Shown here piece by piece: positions 12,611 to 25,182 of a stretch of 64,000 nucleotides of DNA. Below the pieces are notes generated by a model. The model did no database searches. It was not told the DNA's origin and worked only from the letters and a program-made list of their open reading frames with translations. Source of the stretch: Bugula neritina (taxonomy: Eukaryota > Animalia > Bryozoa). The stretch lies in contig OZ037765.1 in the NCBI GenBank assembly GCA_964035545.1, forward strand, positions 1,550,001 to 1,614,000. Reading direction: 5' to 3'. The position numbers were made by a program, and so were the translations under genes. The stretch's first letter is position 1; each line of letters begins with the position of its first letter.

Positions 12611-14353
12611 ACAGGACAAAATCGGAGATAAGTAAAAATAGGTGAGAAAAAAATTAACATATCGGGGAAAACATCCCTTGCAGTAGATATATGTGTAAAC
12701 CTAGAAAAATCTTGGCGGTGCAATTTTTGAAAGTTTTCTCTTCTATCAAAAAATTTTTTAAATTTGCAAAACATTCATGTAAGAAGAATACAGTTTCCAG
12801 AATTTATAATGATGCAAAGAGTGGTGCATAGAGCGAGTAATTTTAAAACATAAACAAATTCCAGACGCTATTAGTTGTTGTATAAAGCTCTTACATTTCT
12901 GCTCACAGAGATAATGAATATATAACAATTGGCACTCATTCAAGTATAATAACAATATTAGAAAGTTAATTACAGAAAAATATAAAATATTTTCACAATT
13001 TCAATCTAAATTAGTTACAGTGCTTTGTCAAGCTGAATTAACTTTCCTTGGTAATAAGTTCTTCATTTATTTAGAAAGGTCATTCCTCTACAATCACTGG
13101 CTCAATATCGATTTTTTTAAAATTGCAAAACTAAACTTACACATCACTTCACTTCACTTTGTTCCAACACTTTAATAAGCATTCAGATTAGTGAAAACAG
13201 CTGTCCAAGAATAAAGTTTAAATTCTACTGCAGAGAGTGTAAGTATAATTTAGTGCTTGAAGAAATTTTATTGTTGCAGTAAATTTATGGTAAGGTGATA
13301 TTATATTTACATAGAAATAGTCAAAATTATTTTCAATTTTAGGTGGCAATGTTTATTGTTTATAAAGCAATTTAAAAAAGAGCAATAAAATTAAATAACA
13401 TTTTATGGCATTTGTGACAGTTTTGAAAATGTATATTTGAATAAAATAACTACAATGAAAGAATACAGTTTTTGCAGATTTGTGTGGGGCAAATTAAAAA
13501 CAGTAATATACATTAATAATAGACATTTTTTTAATGAATACTTACTAACGAAATTTTTTTTCAAACAACAAGAAGTATAGAATATGCAAAATTAATAAGT
13601 TAATGCAGATCACAGGAATTTATTCATATGTGCTAAATAACAAGCAATTGATCCAAATTTATTATATTTCAATAATATTCAAATAAATTGTACACAAAAT
13701 ATATATTGTACCAAAATAAATAAATAGCGTCTAACTGGGAAGCGTCTATCTGACATGACACCACGCAGTAATGGGAGGTTTTTTAAAACTTTAGCTCAAA
13801 AAGCTCTTGCTATAGAATTCATGTGCTTATAAATGCAACCTGCAATTCTAAAAACTGCGCATCATGAAATTTATTGCTTTATTTGATCTGAGTAATGATT
13901 GGTTGTGCTGATATGATTTTTACTCTCTGATGTTTATTTGAACTACGCCAACATGATGTTGGTGAGACTAGATGTTTTAATATTTTAATTATCAATCAGA
14001 GTTACCAAGAAAACTTGGTTTGATTTCAAATTAACTCATGTGATATACTTTGATGTCAATCTCCTGATTATTTCTCCATTAGTAGAAGAACCGGCAATCA
14101 TTTGCTTTATGAATTGCATTGAGTTATTTGGTTATGTGGTATAATAGATTATATTGGTGGGTCTCTATTTAAGATGTACATAGAGTTGTGTGCACCACCA
14201 CCGCAGAAAACTGAGATTTCTCTTGCCACAAATTAACAATATTTTATACTAGCTATAGTAGGTTGTGTTTTTTCTATGTATTGTAAAAGTATAAAAGTAA
14301 CATAAGTGTTGAGTATCAGAATATTGTGGTCAATTCAGTAAACTCCCTCCCTC

Positions 14354-14355
<2 letters not shown>

Positions 14356-14404
<49 letters not shown>

Positions 14405-14423
14405 ACACACACATACACGCACG

Positions 14424-14475
<52 letters not shown>
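14356..14475. repeat. (CA)n/(CG)n microsatellite just upstream of the GPCR splice acceptor
   Basis: Seen directly. Confidence 0.95.
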
Positions 14476-14477
<2 letters not shown>

Positions 14478-14513
14478 ACTGTTATACTTTTACTTTTGTT
14501 TTAAACAGAAACT

Positions 14514-15596
14514 ATGAACAGGAGTTACCTCTGGGCATATGACGATCGCAAAGGATGGAACTGTACGACACATTTTTCTTTCTTCAACGACTTCCAGCGA
14601 GAGGACGAAAACATGAAATATGCAGAAGTTACCAGCATTGTAATTCTAAATCTAATTAGCCTGGCTATCAACATCAGCTTGATTTCTCTGATTGTGAAGA
14701 CGAAGGAGTTAAGAGAAAATCAACAGAACATGTACATAGTGAGTGTGAGTTGTAGCACAATGCTCCTACTACCATGCACCATACTAGTAGGGGGAGCTCG
14801 GCTCTCCCCTTCTGGTTGGCCATATGGGAGTTTTGCTTGTAAGTTTGCGATGTATGCCTTCTTAGTCACGGCCTTCATCAAGATTTGGCTGATGACCGTG
14901 ATCAGCCTTGATCGGTATTTGAAGGTCGTCTGCGATCACAAGTACCACTTGAACAAGACTTTCTCAACTCTACTCAATCTGGCGGCATGGTTTTTTCCAG
15001 GATTTAGTTTAGCTTTTATGGTTTACAACAACACAGACTCGGCTACGTCTACAGTTGATAATCAGACCGTCTCAATTTGCTCGGCCATGTTTAAATATGA
15101 CCCAGTCATTTCTTATGCTCTAGTATACTTCTCAACTGTGTTTGTGCTAGAGTACTTTATCCCTATGACCATAATAATAGTCTGCTATGTCGGAATTCTA
15201 CGGAAGGTGAAGGTTAGCTCTATGACTAGAGGAACAATTAGAGTGAAACAAATATCTGGTACTCGACAAGAGAACAACCAAAGGAAAACCAGAAACAAGG
15301 AGCAAAGAACTACACGTATACTAATCGCCATTTTTGTAATCTTTCTAATCATGTGGACTCCCCTATTTGGACTGCTGGCTATGCTGTCTTTGGACCAGAA
15401 GTTAGAAAGCTATAAACTGACTTCGAGGTACATCGTCCTGCAACTTTGCATTCTCGTACTCAACACTATCATAGAGCCTTTTCTCTTCTCCCTCACTACT
15501 GGTCCTGTCAGGCAAAGGCTACTCCAGTTGTTCAGAAGAGTAAAGACCAGGTCAAAGGTCGCTCCTTCCTCTATGTACAACACCACGGCAACTTGA
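14514..15596 (+). CDS. Class A (rhodopsin-like) GPCR, free fatty acid receptor 4-like, paralogue 1 (360 aa, single coding exon)
   Basis: Seven hydrophobic segments, TM3 Cys and DRY, and TM6 MWTP. N-terminal HFSFFNDF resembles the FFAR4 FPFFSD motif. An acceptor tttaaacag lies 5 nt before the ATG. Confidence 0.9.
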   Translation: MNRSYLWAYDDRKGWNCTTHFSFFNDFQREDENMKYAEVTSIVILNLISLAINISLISLIVKTKELRENQQNMYIVSVSCSTMLLLPCTILVGGARLSPSGWPYGSFACKFAMYAFLVTAFIKIWLMTVISLDRYLKVVCDHKYHLNKTFSTLLNLAAWFFPGFSLAFMVYNNTDSATSTVDNQTVSICSAMFKYDPVISYALVYFSTVFVLEYFIPMTIIIVCYVGILRKVKVSSMTRGTIRVKQISGTRQENNQRKTRNKEQRTTRILIAIFVIFLIMWTPLFGLLAMLSLDQKLESYKLTSRYIVLQLCILVLNTIIEPFLFSLTTGPVRQRLLQLFRRVKTRSKVAPSSMYNTTAT

Positions 15597-15828
15597 GGAC
15601 TACAGTCTATGTACAACACCACGGCAACTTGAGGACTACAGTCTATGTACAACACCATGGCAACTTGAGGACTACAGTCTATGTACAACACCACGGCAAC
15701 TTGAGGACTACAGTCTATGTACAACACCACGGCAACTTGAGGACTACAGTCTATGTACAACACCACGGCATCTTGAGGACTACAGTCTATGTACAACACC
15801 ACGGCAACTTGAGGACTACAGTCTATGT
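15570..15828 (+). repeat. 36-bp minisatellite, ~7 copies, spanning the GPCR stop codon
   Basis: Unit TCTATGTACAACACCACGGCAACT-TGA-GGACTACAG. The first copy encodes SMYNTTAT*. Confidence 0.95.
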
Positions 15829-18800
15829 AAAATGCCACACTCTCTTGAGTACAACAGTTTATCGTAAAAGCATTTCCTACCTCTTGCACAAGAAACCTTG
15901 ATGTTTTCACCAAAGGTTGCAGTACTAAAATATATGCATTGAATGGGCGTGTTTCTTTGTAATAGACAGCATTTACCTCTCAAAATATTTACCTCTATAT
16001 GTTTATATATAATGTGTTTAACTATTATTGTGCTGCTGCTACTGCTAGTACTGCCCCTGCTGCTGTCACACGCTAGGTTTGTGTGAAGCAGGAGTATGGG
16101 GAGCTGGTTTTATGGCTGAATGGTTATTTATAATAATTATTGTTATGAATTAGCAGTTCACAGATATTGACATATTATGGTAATCAGAGATGACAGATAA
16201 AACATTTAAGCAACAAATAATTTAGCAAAGTGTTTTGATTCTATAAATAACTTGTTTAACATTTAGTACGTAAATCCTTTGTTTACTATTTTAAAAAATT
16301 AGATTGGCATACATTTTATAGCCTATATTTCAAATTCGAGCGATGCAAGTGAAACTACTATATAAATATTATTGTGTCATGACTTGAGAGTATTTTTGTT
16401 GTCAGAATTTGTAAAATAAATAACAATAAAGTCATTTGATTACATGAAACAATTGCATTTAAATCAACTATTGGCCTGAACGGTAAAAAAGCTGAAGTTT
16501 ATGAAGTACACCAATAAACTGAGATTATCAAAGTTGGGAGAAATGATACACAACATGAAGCAACCTATGAAACTATATTTAATCCTTTGCACCAGGTGTC
16601 GTTGACTGGGGATATCGCAAATTGAATAAAATCAATTTTTTAATTTTTTGATTAATCAAAGGCCGTGCGAGATAACTCTGTAGGACAGGATGTGTTGAAA
16701 TAACTGAATCATTCATCTCATCACAGCAAAGACACTACTAATACCCAAATGGATTGAAAATTTCTTCAAGTCCACAACTGTGCTAAGACTGTCATCCTAC
16801 TCGCAAACGCTTAATACATTAATGACGCATTTATTTATGTTACGACTTCAATTTAATCAGACAGAGCTAAAGACTAAATCTTGTTTACTCTAAATTGAAA
16901 AATTTTGCTGTTATCGATAAAAGTTTATTTCAATAAACCGGAATAGCTTTTGTAAAACTGACGCAAATCCTAATTATGTTGTATTTCGATGACAACACAT
17001 AAAATTAATTAATGATTACCCTAGGGAATTTATGAGTCCACCAATTTTTACATCAAGATTTGCTCTGACACCAATCTATACAGTATTCATAAGAGCACCG
17101 ATGCAATTAATAATGTGAGATCTATGTGCTATGCTAATGCTCAAATTATACAGTCCTAACTAATTCATAAATATAACAGCACAATAGATTAGTTCATTAA
17201 ATTACCATTATATTATCAATAAGTTCAATATTTGTGGTACAAGAATTTGCCCTGCCCTTATTTACGCCCTCCCCTTGACATTTCCAACAAACATGTGCAG
17301 ATACAAGTTGTTATTGTTTTGTTATTGGGCAGGAGTTACATAACATTGCTAAGTGAATAATTTATCTCCCCTGGTGATAGAAATGAGTCATCAAGTTGAA
17401 AATACACCTTTAGCCTTTAGGTCGCTCTGAACTAATTCACAATTTTTACAAACTGCCTGATAAATTACAATTATATAATTCAATATTTTAGTTGTTCCCA
17501 GCAAGATTAGTAACTACGACATGAGGAATCGTCTGCTCTTGACACAACCTCTCATAAAATAGTGTATAAATTCCTCACTACTAATAGATTTTGGCAATCA
17601 AATGATATTAAAATAATTTTCACTGCAAGATGGCACATCAACTTTTCTGGAAAAGTTTAGCAGTTCAACTTCAACATTAATTACTGAAATATATTGCATA
17701 GGTTGCAACTTATTTATTACAACACATTAATGTACATAATATATTATTATATACATGTATTATAACTTATTTATTACAACACAATAACATTTGACACATT
17801 TGACATATTTTAACTCACCGTACATATATATTAAAACACAATAGATTATACGATAATAAATATTGTAACTAATTACCACATTATACTTTGCAATTACCGC
17901 TTCATGTATCGTGAAATATATATAATTACACATTATAACTTGTCTTACGCATTAAATCATGCATTGTTCATGATAGCTTATATATTGCAATTTATATAAT
18001 TTGCACTATAGCTTAAATACTATACTTATTATATTTTATATTACACATTATGGCCTGTATATAATACATAATGCACGCTATGTCTAATATGCACATGTAT
18101 TAAAGCAACTGAAATAGCACATATATTGTTAATAATGTGTTCATGTACTTACTGTACATCAATATACTACAATATAGCTAATTAATGAATCCGTGACAAG
18201 TGTATAATTGAAATAATAATGACAGATTGGAGAAAATATGAGTTTCTTGTATAAAAGACTAGTTACAATGCCACATTAATTATTTAGTAAAGCTGCACCA
18301 TAACAACATCATTATTTAGATTGGTCGTTTCAAACCTACTACTATAACTCATAATAAGATTAGCAAAGAGAGCACAACTACAGCAACTTAATGAAACTAG
18401 TTCCTGCATGACTCATAACATTGATATTTAAATATTATAGGACTGCATCTAAAAAGAACTTATCTGCATTATTTTTCCAGTTTTGATTTGCTTTATAGAT
18501 AAAATTTGATTTTGATGAAAACAATTAGAAAACCTAGATTGATGTACAACAGCCATAAAACATATACATGCTGCTATTGCATCATATTATATGTAATTTG
18601 ATATCAACAAATTACTATGTGTCTATCCATTATTTATAATTATGCTGCAATAAGGAAAACATGATTACTGGTATATTATGCCATTTTATTGTTTAATAAA
18701 CAATGAGGAAAGACTGTCACAGTTACAGCTATTACGTACACCAACGCTTTCTATAAGTTTACAAACAATTCAAATTGTATTTCTTCAAACTTATGGCTAT

Positions 18801-21800
18801 AAGAATATAATATTAGTTAATACAACTATAATGAAATCATCAGTTTATGTTAACGACAGCGTTTGATTTAATAACCCAATCCCTTTATTAAGGTTGTTTT
18901 GACTCCGATATGCTAAGAGCTTCGGCTAATGATTCACATTATTTACAATAACACGTAGCCAGTGTTCTGTCAATCGGTTGTTGTGACGGGTGATAGCCGT
19001 GCTCACTGAAGCATAAAATTTGACATTGGATAGTAGGCAATAGCTATATCCATACGAATCTTCAAACCAATTCAGTTGTGAAAGCTCTGGCGAAGTTGGT
19101 GCACGTGGTTTAGATATAATTAGCTATTTGAAGAGCTGGCAACGGATATAACCTTCCCAAGTTCGTATCAAAAAGGTTGGTAAGAAAAAATTCAAAATGT
19201 TTTGAACAACATTTACTCCATCAATTTTAAGATGTAGTCTTAGTCTTTATCTAGTGCACCTCATAAATTCTGACCTCGCGATTGTTACTAAAAAAAAGTA
19301 CAATTAGTCAATTTTTTAGCTTAAACTTAACCTTAGGATGGCATGATCTTTTATCATTCATGTCCCGCAATAATTATGCTGGTAGACACTGTATAGAATT
19401 CAGTGGTATGTGAACTTATCAGCTATATATAATATTATAGTGGTAAGTCTAATTGTTGTGCTTCATGGTAACAAAAGACTTAATGCATTGTTTCTGTTTG
19501 GTAAAGCCAAAGGCTATTTCAAGAATGATCAGTTACTGTTCGTTCAGATAGCGATTAAAAGCCTAATATTCCTTGACAATACAACAATAGAGTGAACACT
19601 AATCAAAAAGTTCTATTTTTGAAATGTTGTACAATACCATATTAATTTATAATTAATTATTTAATAGTGATACTAATACTAATAGTAATAAACATTGTTT
19701 TTTGTTTATCAAGTGTTTATTTGGTAATTGCTATATTGTATATGATCATTATTATACTCATTAACACCAAAAGAAATTTTTGAACTCAATATAACTATAT
19801 AAATATTACTATTAAAATAAGAACGTTTTGCAGCAAATAGAAGAATTGGTTTCTGCAAGTCACAGCGTTTAAAAATAGATGAGAATTATCTTTTGTCATG
19901 AGTATAAGTTTATCATATAAAATAAATTTCAATTCAATGCAATAATAGCAAAAGTAAAGCTTGAAAATTTGAAATTTAAAAATTTTCGACTTAACATTAT
20001 TTAGGCTACTGCCAGCTAATGGTGAAAATTTCAATGACTTTGAGTGTGACACAGCAGAAATTAGCTGTTAATACTTTATTTTAATTCTATTTTGGTGACT
20101 GAATTATTCAAACTAAAGTTAAATTAAAATAAGTCAATCAATCCTAGTATAAGGGTTTTAATGGCTCAGCTGTATTTTTTTACTTGTTATGGGATCAATT
20201 CTAAAGGCAATTTATTAGAAGCTGCAGCTGCCGATTCCTTTTTTCTCAAAACTGCTGAATTTGTGAAACTAGGTCCCAATTTTTTTATGTAGAAAATATT
20301 ATAGCTGAATATTTTTGAAAAATTTGACCACCAAGGTTTGTTAAACCAATTTAAATTTACTCAATAGATTTTAGTTTTTGCTTTGACTTCTATTTCCTAT
20401 TTGATTCAGCAAAGTATGTGGATAACCTTTTCTCATCAACATGAAAACTTTAGCAGGAGTGAAAACCAATGACTTAGAAATGCACTAAATGACTAAATAA
20501 TATAAACTGATATCCTCTGTTCAATAACTTTGGTAAAACTTCAAGCTATCTTAAACTGTTAGTAGTTAATACAATGCCATGAGCATGGTGTGGTAATCAA
20601 TTTTCTACTTGTCTAATTAAATTTCAACACATTTACTTGCAACTGAAGGAATATTGTAGCCAATTTGTACTATAAATAAAGTGGCAAATAACAAGCATTC
20701 AATAATTTATTCATGTATTCCTAATAGAATATTTCCTTTTGGTTTTTTTACTTGTAAAATTGAAAGTTAAATTACATGACTTTAAGTAGATAATTTTACA
20801 CCCTGGTTAAGTTGCAGAGCCTTTTTGCCGATTATTGCACAGTTGAGTTTTAATTGACAGGCGTGGCATCTATAGTTTACCCGAGATGTCCAGGTAAAAT
20901 GATGACTCACATCTGTAAATTATCATATCATAGGACATGCTGCTGGTTTTTAAATGTGTAAAAACTCTTTTTATTGCTAAAGAAAGTGAAATTTTATTGA
21001 TATATCACATAATTATTTTCAACAGCAAAGTTACACATGTTTTGTTGTCATCAGTAACAGTCTTGCAAGAAATGACAGAATTTTTCAAAATATTTTTTAA
21101 GTTTCAAGTCCTGAAAGCTTTGGGAGTAAACTAATTTGCAGCACAAAACTTCAACCATCTGATGGGTATCTGGAAGTAATTAAATGAGTAATTTATTACT
21201 TGCAAGCTGATTGGTTGGTTTGAGCTGAACTTTAAGCTTATTGGCTACGTGAGCAGGTCAAGACAATTGTACTTCCTACAAAAGTAGAAGCCAATTTAAG
21301 GGTGGAGAAGAATAGTTGAACAGGGAGCAACTTGATGTCATTTTCCAGAATAAATTTACACTCACTGACAGTGAAACATTGTAAAATAATAGAAAACACC
21401 ATATAAGCTAAAAATAGTAATGATGTAATAAAAATAGCCGTTTGACAAGCAGTGATTGGTGGTGTAATTTATGTTTTCCAAATTTGTGAAGATTGATACT
21501 GTTGAATTCAGACAAAACCTGATATACTATTACAACATTTCTGATGATTTCATGAAATACAGTAGTTCAGAGTAAAGCTTTTAGTTTATTGTACAGCAGA
21601 ACTAGTTGAAACTGTAAGAAATTTCCTCTCACACTTGAATTGGGGTTATCAGTTACTTAATTTTCATTCCATTAAGTTTTGTTGAGACAGATAGCGAATT
21701 CCTGTGACATTGGTGACCTTAACCTCAGTAATGAATGCAGCGTCATACCAGGGTACTGATAGCTTCCAGTCACTGATCTAAATCAGCTGGTACTCATCAT

Positions 21801-22024
21801 CTCTTTGTTCTAGATAAATCAACTACTTTTTGCAAATTGAATTCCTAAAAAAACTCCTTGCCCAACACCTAAAGCAAATGGACACTAGCAGGGAACTTCT
21901 ATTGGAGACAATGTAAATTTGTTATAATAAATTGGTAATTTTATTTATTATGTAAACATATTTTGTTAATTTTTTTGACAGGCTTTGATGATAAAACTGC
22001 ATCTGATTTGTTCCGCCAGTAACT

Positions 22025-23137
22025 ATGGAGTGGGGAGAAGACCGAACCAACAAGAGCTATATCTGGGACTGGGACCATATCAAAGGCTGGAACTATACTC
22101 CATTTTTTTCATTTTTCAATGATTTCGGAGATGATCTAACCTTCTATCAATATATAGAGTTTGGTTCAGTAGCTATCTTGAGTCTCCTAAGCTTCATAGT
22201 CACTGTTCTGCTGATGGTGTTCTTTCTGACGAAGAAACATCTAAGAAGAGACTTGCATATGTACACAATCAGTATCATGGCAAGTAGTTTAGTGCTTCTG
22301 CCCTTTGCACTGTTGATAGGCATCACCAGACTCTCACCACAAGGCTGGATGTTCGGCAGCTTAGCCTGTAAAAGCACCCTGTTTGTGCTCGTCATGACAG
22401 CCTTTGTCAAAATATGGCTGATGACGCTCATCAGCGTAGACAGATATCTGAGAATTGTTCATTCGAACCACCGATGCATGGGACCAAAAGTATCGATAAT
22501 ACTTATACTTGTGGCATGGGTTCTGCCAGTGGCTACAATAGCTGGAATTGTTTATCCCAATTCTCGTTCTCTTGATGTAGACATTCACGGAGGAATCAGC
22601 TTTTGTACAGTAGGATTCCAGTACCATCCGACAATTCGATATTCGCTCATGTATTTCTCCACTATATTTGCGTTAGAATTCATCCTCCCTGCCACCATAA
22701 TGATTGTGTGTTACTCACTAATAATGAGGAAGATTAACAAATCTACTAAAGCTATACTCAGTCACTCGAAAATGAACAGCTTAAAGGTAGAGAAGAACCT
22801 TCGAACAAACATTCGTCGCCGTCGAACTACAAATATTCTGATTGCGATAATGAGTTTGTTTTTAGTCATGTGGCTTCCTCTCTTTGCCCTGATTGCCATG
22901 ATCACCCTGGATCAGACGATGGAGACATTTAAACTGTCCTCCAGGTGGATTGTGGGCCAGCTGTGCGTCCTGCTACTCAACACTCTCATAGAGCCCTTTC
23001 TGTATTCATTCACAGCAGCGAAAACTAGACAAGAGTTGAAGAGAACGTTACAATCGAATTGCGTAAAACGCAATAAGAATATCCCAATGACTTCTATAGA
23101 TGAAACACTAACCCAAAACTGTAGTTCAACCTCATAG
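22025..23137 (+). CDS. Class A GPCR, free fatty acid receptor 4-like, paralogue 2 (370 aa, single coding exon)
   Basis: 7TM with DRY and MWLP. Clearly homologous to 14514-15596: shared KGWN, FSFFNDF, RLSPxGW, TAFxKIWLMTxISxDRYL and LDQ..LNTxIEPFL. Confidence 0.9.
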   Translation: MEWGEDRTNKSYIWDWDHIKGWNYTPFFSFFNDFGDDLTFYQYIEFGSVAILSLLSFIVTVLLMVFFLTKKHLRRDLHMYTISIMASSLVLLPFALLIGITRLSPQGWMFGSLACKSTLFVLVMTAFVKIWLMTLISVDRYLRIVHSNHRCMGPKVSIILILVAWVLPVATIAGIVYPNSRSLDVDIHGGISFCTVGFQYHPTIRYSLMYFSTIFALEFILPATIMIVCYSLIMRKINKSTKAILSHSKMNSLKVEKNLRTNIRRRRTTNILIAIMSLFLVMWLPLFALIAMITLDQTMETFKLSSRWIVGQLCVLLLNTLIEPFLYSFTAAKTRQELKRTLQSNCVKRNKNIPMTSIDETLTQNCSSTS

Positions 23138-24667
23138 GAAATTGAAACATGGTGTAGCATTATGTCAATGCTAATTGATTTTGTGTATATATTGTGTTCA
23201 TATTATGTATATAAATTCAAAGATTTTTATTTTCATAACAAATTTATATAATAAAATATAGGTGCTATAATTATACTCTACATTTATGTACAACACTAAA
23301 ATATATTATTGCAGAATATAAAACCAATGTTTTCACAAAACCTTAGTAGAAACAGAATTTTGTGAAGTCTCGGCATGGCATCTTGTGTGAAAGAGGTAAT
23401 AAAAAGCAGTGGCTGACTCTGTATGAGATAAACACAATATCTACTCAGGAGACTTGGTAATTAGGGTAATTAGTAAAATAAACAATAAAACATCATCAAC
23501 TACAGTATTACTAACAGCAAAACCCTATAGCTCTTCAAAGAGCTCACTTTACGAGGTCTAATTACTGAGTCTGACTTTCTCTCTCAGTGAGAGAAATCTG
23601 GAGAACTAAAGTCTTGGATCCCACATGCTTTGTGAAAGTGAATTAACATGCAGTTAAATACTTTCAGTCATTCCAAGCATTCTACACACTAAGCTCTTTT
23701 CTCTAGCATAGGGATAGAGTGAATTGAGAACTGGAGTCATCCCCCTTGTAACATGGTCAGTTACTGTCCTTTGTGTCTTTTCTTCTTATCTAGAAAATCC
23801 AATAACAATAGACAAATCACAGAGAGACCTCAACCAGATACAATTTACCAGAGTAGATTATAGACCATACATTACTATAGACACAGTTGTATTACATTGA
23901 ACACAATTGGCCACAATTTACACTGATAATTTTTCACATTGATTTCATGTTGGATAAACGAACAAATATATGAAAAACTGCTAAACATAACAGGGACTAG
24001 TGGCTGAACAGTCTATATTAACAAAATCTGAGGTAATCTAATATATGACGGTATATTACTATTATAGCCTTATATGTGATGGCGTATCACTTCCCACACT
24101 GTCCAGGAGTAATGGAGGGAATGTTGAAGCCAACTAATCAGTACTGTTGACAGTGGAGTAATTAATGCCATCAGAACCAGATAGTGCATGTACCCACAAT
24201 TCATCAAACGCATAATCAAAGCAAAATATTCACAACACACAAAAATGCAGAGAGTAATAAAGTTTTTTTGATGTTCATAAATTCCATTCAATTTGGTTTT
24301 AGCACAAAAATATGCTGGGTTTGTTTTACACACGTTGGAATTATCCGCCAAATAATTAACAGTGACATGAGGCAAACAACAGACTTCACTTTGACAGAAG
24401 TTTATCTGTTGATATTTAGAAGATACACCTGAAAGACTAATTACGGCAGCAGTGTGGCAGCACAACGCAAGGTGAAGTAGCTGATGACACAAAGACATAA
24501 GAGGATGAAATTATGAATGTGGGAGTTGGAAACCTACATGTTTGCCAAATTAATTTAAATTTGGCAACTTTAATCCTTCAAATGTTTGAGTCATCCATTT
24601 AGATCAGAAAAATATGAAGTATTCAACTTAATTAGCATGAAATGTTTAAACAACCGTCAGCTTATAG

Positions 24668-24775
24668 CCTTCTACTTCCCTAACATAGACCCCCACCCCT
24701 CCCTTCTACTTCTCTAACATAGACCCACCACCCCTTCTACTTCTCTAACATAAACCCACCACCCCTCCCTTCCAC
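24668..24775. repeat. Short imperfect tandem repeat, ~3 copies of ~30-35 bp
   Basis: ccttctacttctctaacatagacccaccacc repeated. Confidence 0.75.
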
Positions 24776-25182
24776 TAGAAGCACTTAAGTTCTGAAACAC
24801 ACCCGCATGTAAAACAAGTAGACAATGACTAGAAATAGCTCATTGAAAAGTTTGAATATAGAGGGATGAGTTAAGAGTCTACAATGCTCAAGTACATATT
24901 TCTCAGTCAGTCACGTACAGGCTGGCATTTTATAGAGCCAGCAGTTTTATCGCGTGAAAAACATTTTACTTGAACATGGAAACCATTCAGCAGAGAATGC
25001 CATGAGCGTGTACAGCATGTCTGTCTGCGCGTCTGCTTCCATATAGGAAGACTGCAGAATGCAGTGAGCAAAAAACTACTGGTTAGAAATACATGAGTCA
25101 TTTTGACTAAAATTAGACATGCTTTGCATATTTGTATGAAGCTATTTGATTGGTCAACTATTAGCCATATAAATGGAGACAA

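Noticed and set aside
15594-15828. Selenoprotein-like multiple in-frame TGA
   Set aside because: The TGAs are copies of the normal stop; no SECIS recognised.
15410-15913. 167-aa and 151-aa ORFs overlapping the GPCR end
   Set aside because: Alternate frames of the 36-bp repeat.
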